From NCBI GenBank assembly GCA_021324255.1, contig JAJPJL010000128.1:26422-90421 (forward strand): a stretch of 64,000 bases of DNA, read 5' to 3'. The position numbers were made by a program, and so were the translations under genes. The notes beneath the pieces are model-generated. The model saw only the letters and a program-made list of their open reading frames with translations. It ran no database searches and was not told the DNA's origin. Positions within the stretch are counted from its first letter, which is position 1. Each line of letters opens with the position of its first letter. The DNA is from Bacillota bacterium. GTDB lineage: Bacteria > Sysuimicrobiota > Sysuimicrobiia > Sysuimicrobiales > Segetimicrobiaceae. This document shows positions 58,497 to 64,000 of the stretch, piece by piece.

Positions 58497-60095
58497 ATGA
58501 CGCGAAGACTTACGCGTCGCCGGTTCGTGTCGTCCGTCCTGCTCGGAGCCGCCGCCTCAATCGCACCGCGCGCCTGGGCTGCGGCACCGCCGGCCAAACC
58601 GCGCGGCACGTTGATTTGCGGCTGGGAAGCCGAGCCGGGAGCCTTCGACAATGATATCGACCGCGGAGCGGTAACCCGCACCTTGCTGCACAACATTTAC
58701 GACCGACTGGTCGATCGTGACATGACGGTGCCAGCGAGACAACCGCTCGTCGGCAACCTCGCTACCGCGTGGCAGGTCTCGCCCGACGCGCGCACCTATA
58801 CGTTCAAACTGCGCCGGGGCGTCAAATTCCACGATGGGACGCCGTTCGACGCCGAGGCCGTCAAGTTCAACATCGACCGCGACTCCGACCCCGGCCACAA
58901 ATTCTACACGAAGGCTGGCGCCGGGAGCCTAAAGCTAGGGTACGGCAATCTCGCGAGCGTGGACGTCCTCGACCAGTACACCATCCGGATCGTCCACAAG
59001 GAACCGTTCGCGGATTTTCTTGAGGTCCTGGCGTTCGGGACATACTCGATCGCAAGTCCAGCAGCGATTCAAAAGTATGGCAACGATGATTACCCCAACC
59101 ATCCAGTGGGCACGGGGCCGTTCAGGTACGTCAGCCGCGAGAAGGGCGTCAAGGTCGCCTTCGAGCGCAACCCGGATTACTGGGCCGGGGCTCCCGCGCT
59201 CGACGGCTTTATCGTCCGGCCACTGCCGGAGGCGGTGACCCGTGTCACGGCGCTCCAGACCGGCGAAGTAGACTGGATCAACGCGGTGAACCCGGACAGC
59301 ATGGACGCCGTGAAGTCCAACCCCAATCTCGTGCTCGCGCTCGCGCAGCTGCCGAACACCTGGGGGTACATCCCCAACCACAAATACCCACCGACGACCA
59401 AACTCGCGCTCCGCCAAGCGCTGAGCTGGGCGATCGATCGTGAGACGCTGGCACGGGATGTGATGAAGGGGCTCGCGATCCCGGCGAGGGGCACCCACGC
59501 TCCCGGCACACCCGGCTACGATCCGGCCATCCAGGGCTACGGGTACAATCCCGCCAAGGCGAAGCAACTGCTCTCAACCGCCGGGTTTCCAACCGGTCTC
59601 CCGCTCGAGGTTTGGATCCCGGCTGGCGGCGCGGGCTCGCCGTTTGGCATTCAGATGAACGAGTTCATCCAACAGAACTTCAAGGACATCGGCGTCAACG
59701 CGACCTTCCAGCAACAAGAGTTTCAGACCTTCCAAAACAACATGGCCAACGGCATTCAGAAGGACGTGAACGCGATCCAAGTCGGCTTCAGCGTGGACGA
59801 GTTCGTCAACCTGCAGCGGATGTTTCGAACAGATCTCCAGCCGCCCAATGGGAACACCAATCCCGGATGGTACGGCAATCCCCAGGTCGATGCGCTGCTG
59901 CACCGGGCGCTCGGAACCACGAACGATGCGCAGCGCCGGCAGCTCTACTTCCAGGTCGAGCAGAAAGCGGTCGACGACGCGGCGTGGATCTTCGTGGTGC
60001 ATCAGAAGGCGGCCCGCGCCTGGAACAAGAACGTCCGGGGGTTCGTCAATCCCGCGTCCTACATGTTCACGTTCCGGACCGTGTCGATGAGCTGA
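58497..60095 (+). CDS. ABC substrate-binding protein, family 5, with a Tat-type signal
   Basis: MTRRLTRRRFV; YTFKLRRGVKFHDGT, PVGTGPF, RQALSWAIDR. Confidence 0.93.
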   Translation: MTRRLTRRRFVSSVLLGAAASIAPRAWAAAPPAKPRGTLICGWEAEPGAFDNDIDRGAVTRTLLHNIYDRLVDRDMTVPARQPLVGNLATAWQVSPDARTYTFKLRRGVKFHDGTPFDAEAVKFNIDRDSDPGHKFYTKAGAGSLKLGYGNLASVDVLDQYTIRIVHKEPFADFLEVLAFGTYSIASPAAIQKYGNDDYPNHPVGTGPFRYVSREKGVKVAFERNPDYWAGAPALDGFIVRPLPEAVTRVTALQTGEVDWINAVNPDSMDAVKSNPNLVLALAQLPNTWGYIPNHKYPPTTKLALRQALSWAIDRETLARDVMKGLAIPARGTHAPGTPGYDPAIQGYGYNPAKAKQLLSTAGFPTGLPLEVWIPAGGAGSPFGIQMNEFIQQNFKDIGVNATFQQQEFQTFQNNMANGIQKDVNAIQVGFSVDEFVNLQRMFRTDLQPPNGNTNPGWYGNPQVDALLHRALGTTNDAQRRQLYFQVEQKAVDDAAWIFVVHQKAARAWNKNVRGFVNPASYMFTFRTVSMS

Positions 60096-60096
60096 G

Positions 60097-61050
60097 ATGC
60101 TCCGCTTCGTGGTTGGTCGCGTGCTGGCGACGGTGCCGGTCTTGCTCGGCGTGTCGGTGGTTGTGTTCCTGACGATGAAGCTCATCCCCGGTGACGCGGC
60201 CCAGGTGCTGGCCGGCCCCCAGGCAACGCGAGAACAGGTCGCGTTGATCAGAGAGAGCCTCGGCCTCAACCGGCCACTGTATGTGCAGTACGCCACGTGG
60301 CTGGGAAACGCCGTCCGGGGCAATCTCGGACGGTCGATTGAGCTGGAGGCTCCGGTCACCGCGATGGTGCTCGACCGGCTCAAGAACACGCTGGTACTCG
60401 CCATCGGAAGCGCCGTGTTCGCGATCGCGATCGGTGTACCGATCGGCATCCTGTCCGCCACGCGCCGAGCGTCGCTGCTCGACCGCGCGTCCGTCGTCCT
60501 CGCGCTGTTCGGGAATAGCATGCCGAGCTTCTGGCTCGGTCTCGTGCTGATCCTGGTGCTGTCGCTCCACCTCCGGCTCTTCCCGTCGCAGGGGATGTAC
60601 TCATTGCGAGGTTCTGCCGGACTCGGCGATCTCGTGTGGCATCTGACCCTGCCCGCGCTCACCCTGTCCGGCGTGCCGGCCGCCGTGCTCGCGCGCGTGA
60701 CGCGGTCGAGCCTCCTGGAGACCCTGCACGACGATTACGTCCGCACCGCACGCGCGAAGGGCATCGCCGAGACACGTGTCGTCGTGCGGCATGCACTCGG
60801 GAATGCCCTCCTGCCCGTGGTCACGCTCGTCGGAATTCAGACCGGGTACCTGCTTGGCGGATCGATCCTGGTCGAGACCGTGTTCTCGTGGCCGGGTCTC
60901 GGCCTGCAGCTCTACGACGCCATTGGAGCCCGCGATCTCCCGCTCGTGCAAGGCGGCGTCCTGCTCGTTGCGAGCCTGTTTGTCTGCATCAACTTGGCGG
61001 TGGACATGCTCTACGCGCACCTGGATCCTCGCATTCGTTATGCGGCCTAG
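60097..61050 (+). CDS. Peptide/nickel ABC permease (DppB-like)
   Basis: PGDAA..GLNRP, SMPSFWLG, DYVRTARAKG, ETVFSWPGLG. Confidence 0.93.
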   Translation: MLRFVVGRVLATVPVLLGVSVVVFLTMKLIPGDAAQVLAGPQATREQVALIRESLGLNRPLYVQYATWLGNAVRGNLGRSIELEAPVTAMVLDRLKNTLVLAIGSAVFAIAIGVPIGILSATRRASLLDRASVVLALFGNSMPSFWLGLVLILVLSLHLRLFPSQGMYSLRGSAGLGDLVWHLTLPALTLSGVPAAVLARVTRSSLLETLHDDYVRTARAKGIAETRVVVRHALGNALLPVVTLVGIQTGYLLGGSILVETVFSWPGLGLQLYDAIGARDLPLVQGGVLLVASLFVCINLAVDMLYAHLDPRIRYAA

Positions 61051-61060
61051 TGGCGGAGGC

Positions 61061-61978
61061 ATGACCGTAGCCGTAGCGTCGCGAGCCTCCGGTGCGGCAC
61101 GGCGCCGGCTGGTAACGCGACGCCGGTCAGCGTGGGATCGGCTGCGTCGAGACCCGCTGCTGCTCGGTGCATGCGCACTGTTGTCGGCGGTCGTCGGCGC
61201 GGCGGCGCTGGCACCGCTCATCGCCTCGATCGATCCGACTCGGGTGGACCCGAGGCTCCGGCTCGCACCGCTCGGCACCGCGGGCCACGTGCTCGGCACC
61301 GATCAACTTGGGCGCGACATGCTCAGTCGCACGTTGTGGGGAGGACGCGTCTCGTTAGTGGTCGGCATCGTACCGGTCGCCTGCTCGGCGTTGGTCGGCA
61401 CGGGCGTCGGGTTGGTCGCGGGCTACTACGGCGGCGCGCTCGACCACGTCGTCACGCGCACACTCGACGTGCTATTCGCGTTCCCCGCCGTCCTCCTGGC
61501 ACTCGCGATTGTGTCGGCACTGGGGCCTTCGATTTTTAATGCCATGCTCGCCATCACGATCGTGGCGATCCCGTCGTTCGCCCGGCTTGTACGGTCTCTG
61601 GTCTTGGGCCTTCGGCAGCGGGCTTTCGTCGAGGCGGCGCGATCAATCGGGGCCGGCACGCGGCGGATCCTGATCCGACACGTTCTGCCCAACACGGTGT
61701 CCCACGTGATTGTCTACGGCACCTTTGAGACGGGGAAGACGATCGTGTTCGCGGCGGCGTTGAGCTTCCTCGGCCTGGGCGTGCAGCCGCCCACGCCCGA
61801 ATGGGGCGCCATGCTGAGCGAGGGGCGGACGGTGCTCGCAACGGCATGGCATGTCGCTACGATCCCGGGGCTCGCGATCTTTCTGGTAAGCTTGAGCCTG
61901 AACGTGCTCGGGGACGGCGTACGGGACGCGCTTGATCCGCGCCAGACGGCAGGCGCCTCGCAATCAGACGCCGCATGA
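61061..61978 (+). CDS. Peptide/nickel ABC permease (DppC-like)
   Basis: HVLGTDQLGRD, FVEAARSIGA, LSFLGLGVQPPTPEWG. Confidence 0.93.
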   Translation: MTVAVASRASGAARRRLVTRRRSAWDRLRRDPLLLGACALLSAVVGAAALAPLIASIDPTRVDPRLRLAPLGTAGHVLGTDQLGRDMLSRTLWGGRVSLVVGIVPVACSALVGTGVGLVAGYYGGALDHVVTRTLDVLFAFPAVLLALAIVSALGPSIFNAMLAITIVAIPSFARLVRSLVLGLRQRAFVEAARSIGAGTRRILIRHVLPNTVSHVIVYGTFETGKTIVFAAALSFLGLGVQPPTPEWGAMLSEGRTVLATAWHVATIPGLAIFLVSLSLNVLGDGVRDALDPRQTAGASQSDAA

Positions 61979-61982
61979 ACGC

Positions 61983-62882
61983 TCAATCTCCGCGGGCGAA
62001 CCGTGGGTCGAGCAGTTCCCGGAGCGCGTCCCCGAGGAAGTTGAAAGCCGTCGCGCTGAGCATGATCGCAAGGCCGGGGACGGTGACCAGCCAGGGCTGC
62101 TGGATCAGGTAGTCTCGGCCGGTCGCGATCATGTTTCCCCAGGATGGGAGCGGCGGCGGCACCCCGAAGCCCAGGAAGCTCAGAAACGCCTCCGCGATCA
62201 TCAGACGTGCTACCTCGAGGCTCCCGATGACGATGAGCGAGCTGCTGATGTTCGGAAGGAGATGTCGCCGCAGCATCACCACGGTGCGCAGCCCCATGGC
62301 CCGCGCCGCGGTCATGAACTCGCGGTGCCGCATGGACGCAGTCTCGGCGCGCGCAATCCGTGTGTAGGTCGGCCACGTACCGAGCGCCAGGATCACGATG
62401 AGGTTGATCACGCCTGCACCGAGCACAGCGGCGATCAGCAGCGCGGTCAGGATGAATGGGAACGATAGCATGAAGTCGGCCAGCGCGATAATCACCAGGT
62501 CTACGAGGCCGCCAAAATATCCCGCCACGATGCCCAGGACGGTCCCCACCGTACCGGCGGCTGCGACGGCCGCCATCGAGATCGGTGGGGTGTAGCGCGC
62601 CCCGTAGATCACGCGGGCCAGCAGATCGCGACCGAGCGCATCCGCGCCGAGCGGGTGCGCCATGCTCCCGCCGTGGCTCCAGCCCGGCGGGAGCAGTCTA
62701 TCGGCGAGTTGCTGCTGGAGCGGGTCGCTCCTGGTGAACGCTCCGGGAAAGAGCGCCGCGGAGGCCAGCAGCGTGCAGATCGCGACGCCCGTGCACAGCT
62801 TCCAGATCGGCCCGCCGCGCCTGGCCCGTGGGTTCCGCGAGCGGGCCTGCGGGAGCGCGGAGGCTGTGCCGAGGATGGCCAT
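61983..62882 (-). CDS. Peptide/nickel ABC permease (DppC-like)
   Basis: HPLGADALGRD, AARAMG..RHLLPN, LSFLGFGVPPP. Confidence 0.92.
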   Translation of the reverse strand: MAILGTASALPQARSRNPRARRGGPIWKLCTGVAICTLLASAALFPGAFTRSDPLQQQLADRLLPPGWSHGGSMAHPLGADALGRDLLARVIYGARYTPPISMAAVAAAGTVGTVLGIVAGYFGGLVDLVIIALADFMLSFPFILTALLIAAVLGAGVINLIVILALGTWPTYTRIARAETASMRHREFMTAARAMGLRTVVMLRRHLLPNISSSLIVIGSLEVARLMIAEAFLSFLGFGVPPPLPSWGNMIATGRDYLIQQPWLVTVPGLAIMLSATAFNFLGDALRELLDPRFARGD

Positions 62883-62886
62883 GCGT

Positions 62887-63816
62887 CTACTCGGATGACG
62901 CGTAGCGCACCCGGGGGTCGGAGAGCGCGAGCGCTGTGTCCGCCAGGAGGTTACTCAGCGCAATCATCAGCGCCACCACGATGACGCCGGCCTGCACCAC
63001 GGGATAGTCGAACTGCGCCACGGAACCGACGATGAGGCTTGCGGCACCCGGCCAGCCGAAAATTGTTTCCACGACCACGACCCCGCCGAAGAAGTGGCCG
63101 CTCTGAAGGCCAAGCGCCGCAATGATCGGCGCCGACGCGTTCCGCAGTGCGTGCCGGACGTACACGCGGGTCTCGGCCAGGCCCTTGGCTCGCGCCGTCC
63201 GGATGTAGTCCTCCCGCAACACGTCGATGAAGCGCGACCGAACCAGCCGCACGAACGTCGGCAGCAGGTAGAGATCCAGCGTGGCGCACGGCATCATGAG
63301 GTGCCGCCACGTGCCCATCCCGGCAAACGGCAGCCAATGGAGGCGCACGCTGAACAGCATGATGAGTGCGATGCCGAACCAGAAGCTCGGCACCCCTTGG
63401 GCCAGCGCGGCGCCGAACAGCACGGCGTGATCGAACGGCCCGTTTCGCTTCACGGCCGCCGCGATCCCGAGTATGAAGGCCAGAAGAAGTGTCGAGAACA
63501 GCGCCGCCGCCCCGAGCTCGAGGGTCGCCGGCACCCGCGCCAACACGGCCCCGAGCGCCGGTTGGCCCCGCATGAACAGGGACTCGCCGAAGTTGCCCGC
63601 CAGCATGCCGGCGACGAAACGGATGTACCGCGCCAGGATCGGTCGGTCGAGGCCGAGCTGATGGGACAACTGGGCAATCTGGCCGGTCGTCGCGCCTTCT
63701 CCGACCATAAGATGCACCGGGTTGCCGGCGACGAAGAGCAGGAAAAACGTCGCGAGCGAGATAAGGAACGCGACGACGATCGCCTGGACGATCCGCAGCG
63801 CCAGATAGCGAACCAC
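62887..63816 (-). CDS. Peptide/nickel ABC permease (DppB-like)
   Basis: GLDRP, VPSFWFG, DYIRTARAKGL, ETIFGWPG. Confidence 0.92.
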   Translation of the reverse strand: MVRYLALRIVQAIVVAFLISLATFFLLFVAGNPVHLMVGEGATTGQIAQLSHQLGLDRPILARYIRFVAGMLAGNFGESLFMRGQPALGAVLARVPATLELGAAALFSTLLLAFILGIAAAVKRNGPFDHAVLFGAALAQGVPSFWFGIALIMLFSVRLHWLPFAGMGTWRHLMMPCATLDLYLLPTFVRLVRSRFIDVLREDYIRTARAKGLAETRVYVRHALRNASAPIIAALGLQSGHFFGGVVVVETIFGWPGAASLIVGSVAQFDYPVVQAGVIVVALMIALSNLLADTALALSDPRVRYASSE

Positions 63817-63860
63817 GCGATCCCCTGTCGACGCCGCTCAGCGGCAGCTGCGCCCGGCCG

Positions 63861-64000
63861 TCACTTGGTCCAGGTCGCGAGGCGGAAGCGCAGCGCGTCG
63901 TCGGGGCTGACCTCCATCTTCGCTCGGTTGCTGATGGCGAGATTCACCTGCTGGACCCACAGCGGGACCCAGTACGCTTGCTCGGCAATGCGGCGTTGGA
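63861..64000 (-). CDS. C-terminus of a family 5 substrate-binding protein (partial)
   Basis: Hand translation QRRIAEQAYWVPLWVQQVNLAISNRAKMEVSPDDALRFRLATWTK*, directly upstream of the DppB-like gene. Confidence 0.7.
   Translation of the reverse strand, partial: QRRIAEQAYWVPLWVQQVNLAISNRAKMEVSPDDALRFRLATWTK

Noticed and set aside
1..64000. tRNA, rRNA, CRISPR arrays, intact IS or prophage genes
   Set aside because: None recognised by eye; a covariance-model search would be needed to exclude small ncRNAs

Overview
High-GC bacterial chromosomal window with about 65 CDS and no recognisable rRNA, tRNA or CRISPR array. The left part (1-17.7 kb) holds an acyl-CoA synthetase, an atypical NarL-type regulator, exported proteases and hypothetical proteins, DapA-family, GH50-like, amidohydrolase, RodZ-like and PPOX genes, and a two-gene transcript of paralogous small secreted peptides. 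The best novel-system candidate is at 18.3-27.9 kb on the minus strand. It is a tightly packed operon: DUF318/YraQ permease, DoxX-like protein, a possible 52-aa ORF, radical SAM/SPASM enzyme, cupin, DUF2064/TIGR04282-like transferase, GT87-like transferase, Zn-finger-containing SDR epimerase and GT2. A separate GT-C-like membrane gene lies upstream, and both units carry the same promoter motif CTTTAAC-N4-CTTTACA-N8-GTACAGTG. The rest is transporter-rich: three Dpp-type modules, two MFS, a fused ABC exporter with an in-frame TGA, an Afu/Fbp-type ABC operon with HAD and HD-like phosphohydrolases, and a sugar ABC operon with RpiR. A decayed accessory patch at 54.4-58.2 kb has mazEF-type and RES-Xre-type toxin-antitoxin pairs, an integrase remnant and a frameshifted GT2. 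All family calls come from motif recognition by eye, not database searches, and many start codons are best guesses.
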